From assembly GCA_021108075.1 (NCBI GenBank), contig JAIORP010000030.1, positions 133 to 64,132 on the forward strand: DNA of 64,000 bases, read 5' to 3'. Under the pieces are notes generated by a model. That model had not been told where the DNA came from. It saw only the letters and a program-made list of their open reading frames with translations, and made no database searches. Position 1 is the first letter of the stretch. Every line of letters begins with the position of its first letter. Made by a program: the position numbers and the translations under genes. Positions 1 through 10,636 of this stretch are shown one piece after another. This stretch comes from Candidatus Omnitrophota bacterium. GTDB taxonomy: Bacteria; Omnitrophota; Gorgyraeia; Zapsychrales; Zapsychraceae.

Positions 1-150
1 TAAATAGCTCTGATGTTTATGTTTAAGGATTTTTGCGTGAAGGGGAATTAAGCGACGGCAAGACAGGTCGTATCAATGTTACTTTGTTCCGGTGGAAATA
101 TGCGGTCTGTATGATGACGCCCCGTAAAAATGGACTGAAAATTGAAGGGA

Positions 151-783
151 TTACTCCACGAGGTTATTTTTTATGGCGTAATGGGTGATTTCAGCATTAT
201 TTTTCATGTTCGTTTTTTCAAGAATGCGTGCCCGGTAGGTGCTGATGGTTTTGACGCTTAAGGCCATCTCATTGGCAATCTCGGAAACGGTCTTCCCGGA
301 CGCGATTTTGCAAAACACTTCGTATTCGCGGTCAGAAAGTGTTTCATGCAAAGGCCGTTTTTTATCCAGCCCAATATCGTAAGCTAACCGTTCCGCCAAT
401 GTCTCGCTGATATATTTCCGTCCCGAAGCCACCTTTTCTATGGCACCGATTAACTTGCTTGTTTCAGAAATTTTTGTGATATAACCGGCTGCCCCGGCCC
501 GAATAGAGCGGATAGCGTATTGTTCTTCCGGGTGTGTGCTGATGATTAAGACGGGGGGATGCTTTTTCATATCAGAGATTTGTTTAAGGGTGTCAATTCC
601 GCCTTTTCCGGGCATTGAGATATCTAAGAGAATAACATCAAATATTTTTTTTTTGATTAAGGCAAGGACCTCTGAACCATTGTCTGCTTCGGCTGTTACT
701 TGAATGTGGCCAGCATCATTCAGGATTTGTTTTAGACCTGCTCGAACAATAGGGTGGTCATCAGCAATGAGTATTTTAATCAT
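151..783 (-). CDS. Two-component response regulator, NarL/FixJ (LuxR-type HTH) family
   Basis: The N-terminus has a receiver motif (IADDHPIVRAGL, phospho-acceptor D in LLDISMPG). The C-terminus is a LuxR-type HTH (LSDREYEVF...GKTVSEIANEMALSVKTISTYRARIL). It sits immediately downstream of a HisKA_3-type kinase on the same strand. Confidence 0.85.
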   Translation of the reverse strand: MIKILIADDHPIVRAGLKQILNDAGHIQVTAEADNGSEVLALIKKKIFDVILLDISMPGKGGIDTLKQISDMKKHPPVLIISTHPEEQYAIRSIRAGAAGYITKISETSKLIGAIEKVASGRKYISETLAERLAYDIGLDKKRPLHETLSDREYEVFCKIASGKTVSEIANEMALSVKTISTYRARILEKTNMKNNAEITHYAIKNNLVE

Positions 784-789
784 AGTATT

Positions 790-2451
790 TTAATATATCT
801 GTTTATTCAGCTCCATGTTCTCGGAGATGGGTATTGATATTGAAATGAGAGTACCTTCTTTTTCTGACCCAACGATGGAGATTGTGCCTGAAAGGAATGT
901 CACGCGTTCGTTCATCCCGATCAGCCCAAATGATTTTTTGTTTTCAATATTGTTTTTTTTGATGCCGATGCCGTTATCCTGAATTGTTAAAGAAATATAT
1001 TTTCTCCCGATGCGTAACGTTGTCGATACCTTTGTCGCTTGTGCATGCCGGGCAATATTTGTCAGGGATTCCTGGTACAGGCGAAATATATTTGTTGCCA
1101 GATCCTTAGTCGGAAGGTCAGGACCTTGGATTGTTAATTCGAAATGGACGTTATTCCTTTTTCTGAATTCTTCTGTGTACCATTCAATGGCGGCAAACAA
1201 CCCCAGATCATCAAGAATACGGGGTCTTAATTCTTTTGTTAATCGTTGAGTGGTCGTAATCGTATTGTTCACAATTTTCATCGATTCTCGAATTTTTTTC
1301 TTTATCGTCTTTTGACCGAATATCCTTTTATGAATCCATTCCAGGTCAAAATGTAATGCGGTAAGGGCGTTGCCTAATTCGTCGTGAATATCACGGGCGA
1401 CATTTGTTCGTTCTTCCTCGCGAATTTTCATCAAGTGTTGGGCTAATGACCGGAATTGTTCTTTGGAATTTTCGAGGGCTTTTGTTCGATTGAGGATCGT
1501 TTTTTCTAAGTCCCGATGATACCGTTCAAGTATTTGTTCATTATTAACACGATCATTGATGATTCTGGCGATGGCTAAGATCGTTTTATTGTCAGGTTGC
1601 CTGCTCAAAACCCATTCGATCCAGCCGTAGTTTCCCTCGCTTCCAAGGCAATGGCCCTGAAAATTAGCCGGAGTTTCTCCCTGCATCAGTTTTTCGAATT
1701 GGTTTTGTAGACGTAAGCGGTCTTCAGGGTGCATGAAATCAAATAACGTTTTATTAAAAATATCATCTAATTTAAATCCTAATTCTATTTCACAGGCTTT
1801 GTTGATTTTAATAAACCGTCCTTTAGGGTCGACCTCCATTATGGCGAGGTTAGACCGTTTGATGATATCATTGAGCCTGAGATTGACATGATTGGAGATT
1901 AAGTTATGATGTTTATGTGTTTTTAATGTTAAATGTTGTCCCAGAAAATTAGCCATGATTTCGATGCTATAAATATCCTTGTCTGTGAAATCAGATGTTT
2001 TTGATCCTGTTGAAGCAAAGCATAATGTGCCGTAAAGTTTTTCTCTGACATATATAGGTGTGCCGATGTATGTTATGAGACCTAATTGTTCAAAGTAGTT
2101 TTGCTTTTCAGACTTAAAGGTGTTTGATTTGCGAGTGAACCAAACGGTTTTGCTTCCTCTGATAATTTCAGCACAATAGGTCTGATCGAGTACCAGGATA
2201 TTATTTGTCTGAAAGTGGATGTGTGGGCTTTGCACGGCAAGTATTTTATAGTTTTGACCATTGACTTTGCTGAGTAATCCATTCTCCATCCCAAATAGTT
2301 GAATCCCGGTTTTCAAGTAAGCATTAAACATCTTCGATGAATGAGTAAAATTTTGCTGAGTCAGGGAGTGTATCGCGTGAAGCGCTGTGTTGTTTGATTC
2401 CTTATGGCGAGTTTTCTTTGTTTTGGTGTGATAGATGTTTTTCATAAACAT
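790..2451 (-). CDS. Cytoplasmic sensor histidine kinase with GAF-like and PAS-like modules plus HisKA_3/HATPase
   Basis: It has an H-box (RDIHDELGNALTALHFDLEW), an N-box (LYQESLTNIARHA) and a G-box (DNGIGI...FGLIGMNER). No transmembrane segment is visible. It pairs with the adjacent LuxR-type regulator. Confidence 0.75.
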   Translation of the reverse strand: MFMKNIYHTKTKKTRHKESNNTALHAIHSLTQQNFTHSSKMFNAYLKTGIQLFGMENGLLSKVNGQNYKILAVQSPHIHFQTNNILVLDQTYCAEIIRGSKTVWFTRKSNTFKSEKQNYFEQLGLITYIGTPIYVREKLYGTLCFASTGSKTSDFTDKDIYSIEIMANFLGQHLTLKTHKHHNLISNHVNLRLNDIIKRSNLAIMEVDPKGRFIKINKACEIELGFKLDDIFNKTLFDFMHPEDRLRLQNQFEKLMQGETPANFQGHCLGSEGNYGWIEWVLSRQPDNKTILAIARIINDRVNNEQILERYHRDLEKTILNRTKALENSKEQFRSLAQHLMKIREEERTNVARDIHDELGNALTALHFDLEWIHKRIFGQKTIKKKIRESMKIVNNTITTTQRLTKELRPRILDDLGLFAAIEWYTEEFRKRNNVHFELTIQGPDLPTKDLATNIFRLYQESLTNIARHAQATKVSTTLRIGRKYISLTIQDNGIGIKKNNIENKKSFGLIGMNERVTFLSGTISIVGSEKEGTLISISIPISENMELNKQIY

Positions 2452-2923
2452 TTATTTTTTTATTGGTTTAAAAGATGTTCCCCCATATGAATTTATTATA
2501 ATACATAACTGTTGTTGGTCAATTATTCTTTATCAGAGTTTGTCTGACAAAATCCTGGTTTAAATCAAATATAGCATATGAGATCGACGTCCTTAAAGAA
2601 CAAGCATTTCTATCTTTTGATGGGGAAATGTGTCGCAACTTATAAAACCTGAAAGAATAAAAAATACTTAAACCCTATAGGTAAATTTAGCACGAATCAC
2701 GAAACTGTTTTTTTTGGGGGGTATGTGAACATGAAACGAGACAGGCCCAAAAGGAATAGTATAACCTGACGTGTCGCAATGAACCAGGGCCTTTGCGATC
2801 AATAAATGCTTATGCTAAAACAGAGGCGTGGTATGGGCCAGACTTAAGGAATGATAGTCAATAGTGACGGGGATGTCGATAATATCCGTAAAATTCGCGC
2901 ATGAAGATCACCGTTATTTTTTC

Positions 2924-2951
2924 TTGACATTTCAGAACAAGATGATATACT
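2924..2951 (+). promoter_or_regulatory. Sigma70-like promoter upstream of rplM-rpsI (TTGACA-16-TATACT)
   Basis: TTGACA at 2924-2929 and TATACT at 2946-2951, about 55 nt before the rplM start codon. Confidence 0.4.
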
Positions 2952-3004
2952 TTCATATCCATGACAATAGAGCACAATTTTTTTTAATAATAAAGTGGTG
3001 AAAT

Positions 3005-3439
3005 ATGAAACAAAAAACTTACATGGCAAAAGACTCAGACGTTGTAAAAAAGTGTTATTTGATTGACGCTACTGATAAAGTTCTTGGTCGGGTGGCAACA
3101 AAAGTCGCGACCATTCTACGCGGCAAACATAAACCCACGTATACACCGCATGTGGATACAGGGGATATGGTTGTCATTATAAATTCCGAGAAGATTAGAG
3201 TAACAGGTAACAAGACAAAAGCAAAAGAATACCAGCGTTATTCCGGTTACCCATCAGGGCAGAAAACATTGACTTTTGAGAAGCTCATGGCTAAGGCTCC
3301 TAATCGAATTATGCAATTAGCTGTCAAACGCATGATTCCGCGCGGTCCGCTTGGCTACAAAATGATCACAAAGTTGAAAATATACTCAGGAGCTGAACAT
3401 CCGCATCAAGCTCAAAAACCAATTCTATTAGAAGTATAG
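3005..3439 (+). CDS. rplM: 50S ribosomal protein L13
   Basis: It aligns along its whole length to the bacterial L13 pattern (VIDA..KVLGR.A...[17 protein letters not shown]). Confidence 0.92.
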   Translation: MKQKTYMAKDSDVVKKCYLIDATDKVLGRVATKVATILRGKHKPTYTPHVDTGDMVVIINSEKIRVTGNKTKAKEYQRYSGYPSGQKTLTFEKLMAKAPNRIMQLAVKRMIPRGPLGYKMITKLKIYSGAEHPHQAQKPILLEV

Positions 3440-3464
3440 TTTGAAATAGGAGAATATTAATATT

Positions 3465-3860
3465 ATGGTTGAAATGGTTAAATATGGCGCAACTGGCCGA
3501 CGTAAATGCTCTGTCGCTCGAGTCAATCTTATACCTGGAGCAGGTAGAATTCGAGTGAACAAACGTGATTTTGAATCATATTTTAAACGCGAGACAGATC
3601 GAATCAGTATTCTACAACCTTTAAAACTCACCAACACATTTGGTAAGTTCGATGTTGACGTTAAAATTATTGGTGGAGGTATGACGGGCCAGGCAGGAGC
3701 ATTCCGCCTGGGTTTATCCCGTGCCTTATCTCTTTGTGACCCAGAAAACAAAACGATTTTGAAGAAAGCTAACCTTTTAAGCCGGGATCCCAGGATGAAG
3801 GAAAGGCAGAAACCTGGTCAGAAGGGGGCTAGAAAACGATTTCAATGGGTTAAACGTTAA
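3465..3860 (+). CDS. rpsI: 30S ribosomal protein S9
   Basis: The C-terminus ends in the S9 signature ...KGARKRFQWVKR. It has the canonical position directly after rplM. Confidence 0.92.
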   Translation: MVEMVKYGATGRRKCSVARVNLIPGAGRIRVNKRDFESYFKRETDRISILQPLKLTNTFGKFDVDVKIIGGGMTGQAGAFRLGLSRALSLCDPENKTILKKANLLSRDPRMKERQKPGQKGARKRFQWVKR

Positions 3861-4032
3861 TCTGAACTATCATTTCTTTTCTTACGACCACCTTTATTTC
3901 CTGAATTGATTAAATGTAGCAAACATCATTTATTGGAAATGACTCTCTAATTAGTACAATTGAAGTATGGATAAATGTAATTTTGATATTTTTATGACAT
4001 ATCATTATGAGTCGTTTATATATATAAAAAAG

Positions 4033-4061
4033 TTGACGGACTGTTGTTTTTATTTTATCAT
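4033..4061 (+). promoter_or_regulatory. Candidate sigma70 promoter for the arg operon (TTGACG-17-TATCAT)
   Basis: TTGACG at 4033-4038 and TATCAT at 4056-4061, in the 245-bp AT-rich gap before argC. Confidence 0.35.
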
Positions 4062-4120
4062 AATCCATCATCTCTCAAGATCGTCGTGAAAAAAATATTT
4101 CTATCATGAAGAGGTTAACT

Positions 4121-5140
4121 ATGATTAAAATTGGTATTGTTGGAATCAGTGGTTATTCAGGCTTGTCCACACTGGAAATATTATTAAATCATCCGAACGT
4201 GCGTGTTATGTATGTCAGTGCGAATAACACGAGGGGAAAACTTAATGATATTTGGCCCCGGTTAAAAAGCCGGACAAAACTTTTTTGTGACAGATACAAT
4301 TCTGAGATTGCTATAAAAGAATGTGATTGTCTTTTTTTAGCTGTTCCACATACGGTGTCGATGATGATTACGCCTCAATTAATAAAGGCCGGAAAACGTG
4401 TTATTGATTTAAGTGGCGACTATCGCCTTGATCGTGTTAGCGAGTTTAAACGGTGGTATCATTCGGCACATCAAGATGGCAGGAATTTAAAGAAAGCTGT
4501 TTATGGCTTGCCGGAGTTATACCGGGCGGATATTCAGAAAGCGCAGCTGATTGCTAATCCAGGCTGTTTTCCGACAGCGGCGATACTCGGTTTGGCTCCT
4601 GTTGCCGCCATGTATGCGGATCAGATCCAGTCGATCATCATTGATGCTAAATCGGGGGTTAGTGGGGCTGGTAAGAAAGCGACATTAGGATTTAGTTATT
4701 GTGAGGTCAACGAAAATTTTAAGGCTTATCGAGTCTTGAACCATCAACACACGCCTGAAATCGATTTGTATTTATCGCAATTGAGTGGGACGAAGATGAC
4801 TGTCCATTTTGTCCCGCATTTGTTGCCGGTGAGCAGAGGGATACTTGAGACAATTTATGTGCAATTGTCCAGTAATATTAGTCCAGGTAAATTGATGACA
4901 CAGTATAAACGTTTTTATAAAACAGAACCTTTTGTGCGTGTCATGGATGCTGGGCAGCAGGTCGAGTTAAAAAATGTTCAGAATTCGAATTATTGTGACA
5001 TCAGTTTAGCTTTCAGCCCGGATAAAAGACTGCTTGTGATTACTTCCGTTATTGATAATCTTTTAAAAGGGGCCGCTGGTCAGGCTGTTCAGAATATGAA
5101 TATTATGTATGATATCGAAGAAAATACAGGTTTAAAGTGA
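4121..5140 (+). CDS. argC: N-acetyl-gamma-glutamyl-phosphate reductase
   Basis: It has the N-terminal NAD-binding motif MIKIGIVGISGYSG and the catalytic Cys motif NPGCFPTA. An alternative ATG at 4106 is possible. The preferred start has GAGGT 5 nt upstream. Confidence 0.85.
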   Translation: MIKIGIVGISGYSGLSTLEILLNHPNVRVMYVSANNTRGKLNDIWPRLKSRTKLFCDRYNSEIAIKECDCLFLAVPHTVSMMITPQLIKAGKRVIDLSGDYRLDRVSEFKRWYHSAHQDGRNLKKAVYGLPELYRADIQKAQLIANPGCFPTAAILGLAPVAAMYADQIQSIIIDAKSGVSGAGKKATLGFSYCEVNENFKAYRVLNHQHTPEIDLYLSQLSGTKMTVHFVPHLLPVSRGILETIYVQLSSNISPGKLMTQYKRFYKTEPFVRVMDAGQQVELKNVQNSNYCDISLAFSPDKRLLVITSVIDNLLKGAAGQAVQNMNIMYDIEENTGLK

Positions 5141-6288
5141 ATAAAAAGATAAAGAAAATAAAAGGAAATGTTACTGCTCCGTTAGGGTTTAAGGCTAAGG
5201 GGTTATGGTGCGGCTTGAAGCGTTCCAATCCTGATATCGCCCTCATTATGAGTGATGCTCCGGCATCTGCCGCAGGAGTTTTTACAAAGAACTCGATAAA
5301 AGCTGCGCCTTTGATCGTGAGCCAAAGACATTTAAGAAACGGCAAAGCGCGTGCTATTGTCGTCAATAGTGGTAACGCGAATTGTTTCACGGGAAGTTTC
5401 GGTCTGGTCTATGCCAACCAGACAGCGGAAATTTTCAGTCAACTGTTAGGCGTCAATAAATCAGACGTGATTGTCGCATCAACGGGCATCATTGGCAAAC
5501 CTTTGCCATTTGAGAAAATAAAGAAATCAGCGCCGCAACTTGTATCAAAACTGACAACAGCCCAAAAGAATACCGTCTCGGAAGCCATTTTAACGACGGA
5601 TAAAAAAACGAAAGAGAGCGCTGTTGAAATTGTGTTGGGTCATAAAAAGGTTACGATTGGTGCCTGTGCCAAAGGCTCTGGCATGGTTGCCCCTGATATG
5701 GCAACCATGTTGTGTTTTATCACAACAGATGCCGCTATTGAACCGGCATTACTTAAATCAGCCTTGTCGAAGGCGATTGAACTGTCGTTTAACTGCATTA
5801 CCATTGATGGTTGTATGAGTACCAATGACATGGTTGTTATCTTGGCGAATGGGCAGGCTCAAAATAAGACCATTAAGGCGAAGGATAAGGATTATGCATT
5901 GTTCACCGCCGCAGTGACGTCTATTTGTGAAGATTTAGCGAAAATGATTGTTATGGATGGTGAGGGCGCGACAAAATTGATCCAGATCAACATTCGCGGG
6001 GCAGGAACGAAACAGCAGGCCCAGAAATTAGGATTAGCCGTCGCTAATTCGAATCTGGTTAAAACGGCCGCTTTTGGCAACAATTCCAATTGGGGCCGTG
6101 TTGCTGCAGCCATAGGTTCACTGGGGATAAAGAGAATCAATGACTCAAATTTAAAAATTAGTTTTAGTCCATTTCACAAGAAAGAAATTATCATAACTGT
6201 TGACGTTCAATTGGGTGATGCCCAGGCTGTTGTCTACACGTCCGACCTTTCGTATGAGTATGTGCGGATTAATGTCGAATACAATTAA
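5137..6288 (+). CDS. argJ: Bifunctional glutamate N-acetyltransferase / ornithine acetyltransferase
   Basis: It has the ArgJ autoprocessing site ATMLCFITTDA and a GFKAKGL N-terminus. Its start overlaps the argC stop. Confidence 0.85.
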   Translation: MNKKIKKIKGNVTAPLGFKAKGLWCGLKRSNPDIALIMSDAPASAAGVFTKNSIKAAPLIVSQRHLRNGKARAIVVNSGNANCFTGSFGLVYANQTAEIFSQLLGVNKSDVIVASTGIIGKPLPFEKIKKSAPQLVSKLTTAQKNTVSEAILTTDKKTKESAVEIVLGHKKVTIGACAKGSGMVAPDMATMLCFITTDAAIEPALLKSALSKAIELSFNCITIDGCMSTNDMVVILANGQAQNKTIKAKDKDYALFTAAVTSICEDLAKMIVMDGEGATKLIQINIRGAGTKQQAQKLGLAVANSNLVKTAAFGNNSNWGRVAAAIGSLGIKRINDSNLKISFSPFHKKEIIITVDVQLGDAQAVVYTSDLSYEYVRINVEYN

Positions 6289-6305
6289 CAAAAAAGAAAC
6301 GATCA

Positions 6306-7156
6306 TGGATGAGTTTATCAAGAAAGCAAGTGTTTTAATTGAGGCTATTCCGTATATCCATTCTTTTAGACGGAAATTATTTGTCATTAAATATGGTGGA
6401 AGCATACTGGATGACGTTGAGATCCGGCGAAAAGTTTTAGAAGATATCGTCTTTTTGAGCTATGTGGGGATCCGGACGATCCTAGTGCATGGCGGCGGCC
6501 CTCGTATCAGCTCGAGGGTTAAAGAGGCGGGACTAACGCCGGAGTTTCATGATGGCATTCGAGTCACGGACGAAAGCACGTTGAGTATCGTTAGCGAAGA
6601 GTTGGACAGGCTGAATAAAAAGATCGTTGAAGAAATCACTTCGCTCAAAGGTGATGTCACCGGTTTGAAGGGAAGTGAGAATATTATCCATGTCGAAAAA
6701 AGAAAATCAGAAAGAGATTTAGGATTCGTTGGGAGGATTACGGCGATTGATCATGATCAACTTCAGGCTCATTTGCGGCAAGGACATATCACGGTTATAT
6801 CCCCTATGGGGATCAGTGTTGATCAGCAACCACATAATGTTAATGCTGATGAAGTTGCCAGTGCCATATCCGCATCCATGGGCGCTGAGAAATTGGTGTT
6901 GCTGACAAATGTCCATGGCGTCTTAAAGGAAGCTCAGGATATATCATCATTGATTTCCACCCTGCGTATCAATGAGATCAGTGATTTGATCAATAAAGAC
7001 ATTATTCATGGGGGAATGATCCCCAAAGTAACGGCCTGTGTGGATGCCTTACGCAGTGGGGTAAAGAAAACTCACATCATTGATGCCAGAATCGAGCATG
7101 CTTTGCTTCTCGAGTTTTTTACCAACCGTGGTGTGGGAACCCAAATTATTCATTAA
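6306..7156 (+). CDS. argB: Acetylglutamate kinase
   Basis: It has the amino-acid kinase motifs FVIKYGGS and LVHGGGP. The ORF-track start at 6200 runs into argJ, so the start is placed at ATG 6306 (MDEFIKK...). Confidence 0.85.
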
Positions 7157-7182
7157 TGCTGAAAGACAACAATACATTGTTA

Positions 7183-8402
7183 TGAAAAAAGACGACATCA
7201 TAAAAGATTATCAAGAGTATATTTTATCGACGTATACGCGTACTCCGGCGGTATTTGTAAAGGGCAAAGGCATGCAATTAACCGATATCCACGATAAGAA
7301 ATATTTGGATTTTTTTCCTGGCTGGGGTGTGAATAATGTTGGTCATTGTCATCCTAAGGTCATGTCTGCTGTGCGTGATCAAGTTAATAAGTTGATTCAC
7401 ATCCCTAACAATTTTTACCACCCGCAACAGGTCAAGCTTGCCAGGGAGATCATTTATCAGTCTTTTCCAGGGAAATTGTTTTTTTGTAATAGCGGGGCGG
7501 AAGGATGTGAATCCGCTATTAAATTTGCGCGGGCTTACGGGCGAGGGCAGAGATATGAAATTATCTCGATGAATAAATCTTTCCATGGACGCACATTGGG
7601 CGCATTATCGGCAACAGGTCAGGCCCAATATCAGGAAGGTTTTCATCCATTGCCGGAAGGTTTTAAGACGGTCGATTTTAATGATATTGGTGCGGTCAAG
7701 AAGGCGTTGACTGAAAAGACCGTGGCGATTATGTTGGAACTTGTTCAGGGAGAAGGTGGGATTCATATCGCAACCAGAGATTATGTCGATTCTTTGAGGG
7801 CTTTATGCGATGAGAAAGATTTACTTTTGATCTTTGATGAAGTGCAGACAGGCATGGGACGTACAGGAGAAATGTTCGCGTATAAACATTATTCTGTGAT
7901 ACCTGATGTGATGGTTTTAGCCAAGGCCTTGGGCGGTGGTTTGCCGATCGGGGCCATTGTTGTCAAGAAAGATAAGGCTGATGTTTTTAAGCCCGGGATG
8001 CACGCTTCGACGTTTGGTGGCAGCCCATTGGTCTGCAAGGCAGCTTTAGGCGTGTTTAAAGCGATTCAGTCCGACAAGATGTTGGTAAATTGTCAGAAGA
8101 TGGGACTGTATATTATAGAACAGGTTGAAGGGCTGAAGAATCAAATTGATTGCATTAAGGATGTGAGAGGATTAGGATTGATGATTGGAATTGAGTTGAA
8201 TATCCCGGGCGCAGAAATCGTCGAGGAGTGTTTTCGTTTGGGTCTCATCATCAATTGCACGCAAGGTCATATTCTGCGTTTTATGCCGGCGTTGAACGTC
8301 ACTCAGAAACAAGTCGATAAAGCGATAAATATATTGAAAAAATCGATGACAACTGTGGCGGGTCGTAAAATAATAAATAGCGTTGAACTAGAAGAGGGTT
8401 GA
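7183..8402 (+). CDS. argD: Acetylornithine aminotransferase (class III PLP aminotransferase)
   Basis: It has class III aminotransferase motifs (GHCHP, the PLP lysine in FDEVQTGMGRTG..., and the region LAKALGGGLPIGA). The start is placed at MKKDDII; the upstream ORF extension overlaps argB. Confidence 0.85.
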
Positions 8403-8404
8403 AA

Positions 8405-9331
8405 ATGAAAAGAGATTTGCTGAGCCTGCAGGATCTAACTCGTCCAGAAATATTTCGTGTTTTAGATTTAACCGAAAAGGTGAAATCTGACCGATCCGGT
8501 TATCAGACGGCTTTGCAGGGAAAATCGATCGCCCTTGTTTTTCAGAAGCCTTCTAATCGCACGCGCGTTTCCTTTGAAGTCGGCATCAATCAATTAGGGG
8601 GTAACTGTATTTACCTGGGACCGACGGAAATTAACCTGGGTGTCCGCGAGTCGGTTGAAGACGTCTCAAAAACATTGTCCCGTTATTTGGATGGGATTAT
8701 TGCGCGGACTTTTTATCATCAGGATATTGTTGAATTAAGTAAGAATTCTTCAATATCTATTGTTAATGGTTTATCCGATTTATATCATCCTTGCCAGGCC
8801 TTAACAGATATATTTTCATTTAAGGAAAAGGTTGGAACGCTTGAAGGCCGGACGCTTGCCTATATCGGCGATGGCAATAACGTCTGTCATTCCTTGTTGT
8901 TAGCCTGTTCTAAGGTCGGGATTAACATGAACATTGCCACGCCTCCGGGCTATGAGCCTGATGTTGAAATACTGAAGATTGCACAAGCATCAGCCGATTT
9001 GACAAATGCCAAATTATTTTTGACGCATGATCCCCTGGAAGCTTCGGATGGCGTTGACGTTATATATACGGATGTTTGGGTCAGTATGGGGCAGGAAGAA
9101 GAGCAAAAGAAACGTTTATCTGATTTTCAAGGATTTCAAATCAATAGCAATTTTTTTGCGCGAGCCAATTCGAACGCTATCTTTATGCATTGTTTGCCCG
9201 CTCATAGGGATCAGGAAGTTTCCGTCGAGGTTATCGATGGTCCTCAGTCAATTGTTTTTGATCAGGCCGAGAACCGTCTGCATACCCAGAAAGCAATCCT
9301 ACTGTTTTTGATGGAGGGATTGTCGTCATAA
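8405..9331 (+). CDS. argF: Ornithine carbamoyltransferase
   Basis: It has STRTR-type carbamoyl-phosphate binding (SNRTRVSFE), an HPCQ motif and HCLPAHR. Confidence 0.88.
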   Translation: MKRDLLSLQDLTRPEIFRVLDLTEKVKSDRSGYQTALQGKSIALVFQKPSNRTRVSFEVGINQLGGNCIYLGPTEINLGVRESVEDVSKTLSRYLDGIIARTFYHQDIVELSKNSSISIVNGLSDLYHPCQALTDIFSFKEKVGTLEGRTLAYIGDGNNVCHSLLLACSKVGINMNIATPPGYEPDVEILKIAQASADLTNAKLFLTHDPLEASDGVDVIYTDVWVSMGQEEEQKKRLSDFQGFQINSNFFARANSNAIFMHCLPAHRDQEVSVEVIDGPQSIVFDQAENRLHTQKAILLFLMEGLSS

Positions 9332-9445
9332 CTTTCATGCATTATTCAACAATATTATCGGATGTTTTTTGTGGGACCGTAATGTTTGAACCCCGATGAA
9401 TTATTTATCTCAATACCATTTCAATTGTTTAAAAGAGAGGAAAGC

Positions 9446-10615
9446 ATGAAAAAAGTTGTTTTGGCTTATTCCGGAGGCTTAGATACGTCTTGCATCATTC
9501 CTTGGATGAAGGATAAAGGTTATGAAACAATCGCGTTTATTGCGAATGTCGGGCAAGGTTCCGATTTCAAAGCGATTAAACAGAAGGCTTTGAAAACAGG
9601 GGCGTCGAAAGTTTATTGTCTTGATTTGCAAAAAGAATTTATTGAGGACTATGTTTTCCCAGCCTTGAAAGCAGGCGCTCTTTATGAAGAAAAGTATGTT
9701 TTGGCATGTGCTTTATCCCGTCCTTTGATCGCTAAACATCAAGTCCTGATTGCTCAAAAAGAAAAGGCTGATGCGATCGCGCATGGCTGCACCGGCAAGG
9801 GGAATGATCAGGTTCGCTTTGAGGTAACAGCCAGAATGATGTCTCCGGATATTGATATCATCGCGCCTGTTCGGACGTGGGAATTAAAGACGCGTGAAGA
9901 AGAAATGGAGTATTTGAAATCGAAGAATATTCCCATTGAAGTCACGAAGAAAAGCCCCTATAGTATCGATGTCAATATTTATGGCCGGGCGGTTGAGTGT
10001 GGTGTTTTGGAAGATCCCTGGTCCGAGCCGCCTGAAAATATTTACGCGCTGACGGTTGATCCTCGCAAGGCTCCGAATAAGCCTGCTTATATTGATATTG
10101 GTTTTGTCAACGGGATACCAAAAAAAATCGAAGGTAAGGGATATAAACCGATTGATTTAGTTCGCCAATTAAATGAGATCGGCGGGAAGAATAGTGTTGG
10201 ACGCATGGATATGATCGAAAATCGCCTCGTCGGCATTAAATCGAGAGAGATTTATGAGAATCCAGCCGGTACAATTTTGCATGTTGCCTTGAAAGAGTTG
10301 GAGAGCCTTGTTCTTGACCGTGAGACCATGCGTTTTCGGCAATTATTAGCCCAGAAATATGCGACTTTAATTTATAATGGGTTATGGATTATTCCATTGC
10401 GTGAACAACTGGACGCTTTTTTTGATAAACTGCATGAGAGAACGACTGGCACGGTTCGTTTGAAATTGTTAAAAGGAAGTTGCGTTCCTGTTGGACGAAA
10501 GTCTACCTATTCCCGCTACAAACTGAAGATGGCAACATATGGTCAAGGAGATGTTTTTGATCAGACTTTATCCGAAGGTTTTGTTAAATTGTGGGGCACG
10601 CCGTTTCAAGAATAA
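9446..10615 (+). CDS. argG: Argininosuccinate synthase
   Basis: It has the PP-loop AYSGGLDTS and the argininosuccinate synthase signature GCTGKGNDQVRFE. The start is placed at MKKVVLAYSGG with AGAGAGG upstream. Confidence 0.9.
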   Translation: MKKVVLAYSGGLDTSCIIPWMKDKGYETIAFIANVGQGSDFKAIKQKALKTGASKVYCLDLQKEFIEDYVFPALKAGALYEEKYVLACALSRPLIAKHQVLIAQKEKADAIAHGCTGKGNDQVRFEVTARMMSPDIDIIAPVRTWELKTREEEMEYLKSKNIPIEVTKKSPYSIDVNIYGRAVECGVLEDPWSEPPENIYALTVDPRKAPNKPAYIDIGFVNGIPKKIEGKGYKPIDLVRQLNEIGGKNSVGRMDMIENRLVGIKSREIYENPAGTILHVALKELESLVLDRETMRFRQLLAQKYATLIYNGLWIIPLREQLDAFFDKLHERTTGTVRLKLLKGSCVPVGRKSTYSRYKLKMATYGQGDVFDQTLSEGFVKLWGTPFQE

Positions 10616-10636
10616 TTCAAAATAAAGGATTGTGTT

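Noticed and set aside
1010-1249. 79-aa ORF on the + strand inside the histidine kinase gene
   Set aside because: It lies entirely antisense to a well-supported 553-aa CDS. It has no ribosome-binding site and no recognisable motif.
2630-2779. Duplicated GTGTCGCAA 9-mer (2630-2638 and 2771-2779) and a T8G6 tract in the 550-bp gap between the two-component operon and rplM
   Set aside because: A single 9-mer repeat within 550 bp is roughly expected by chance. There is no flanking similarity or palindromic structure to support a binding site.
3861-4105. ARG box (ArgR operator) upstream of argC
   Set aside because: Only a partial TGAATTGATTAAAT resemblance to the TNTGAATWWWWATTCANW operator consensus was seen. 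It is not convincing without a matrix scan.
9027-9311. 94-aa alternative-frame ORF inside argF
   Set aside because: It is embedded in the argF frame, which matches OTC motifs end to end. It is spurious.
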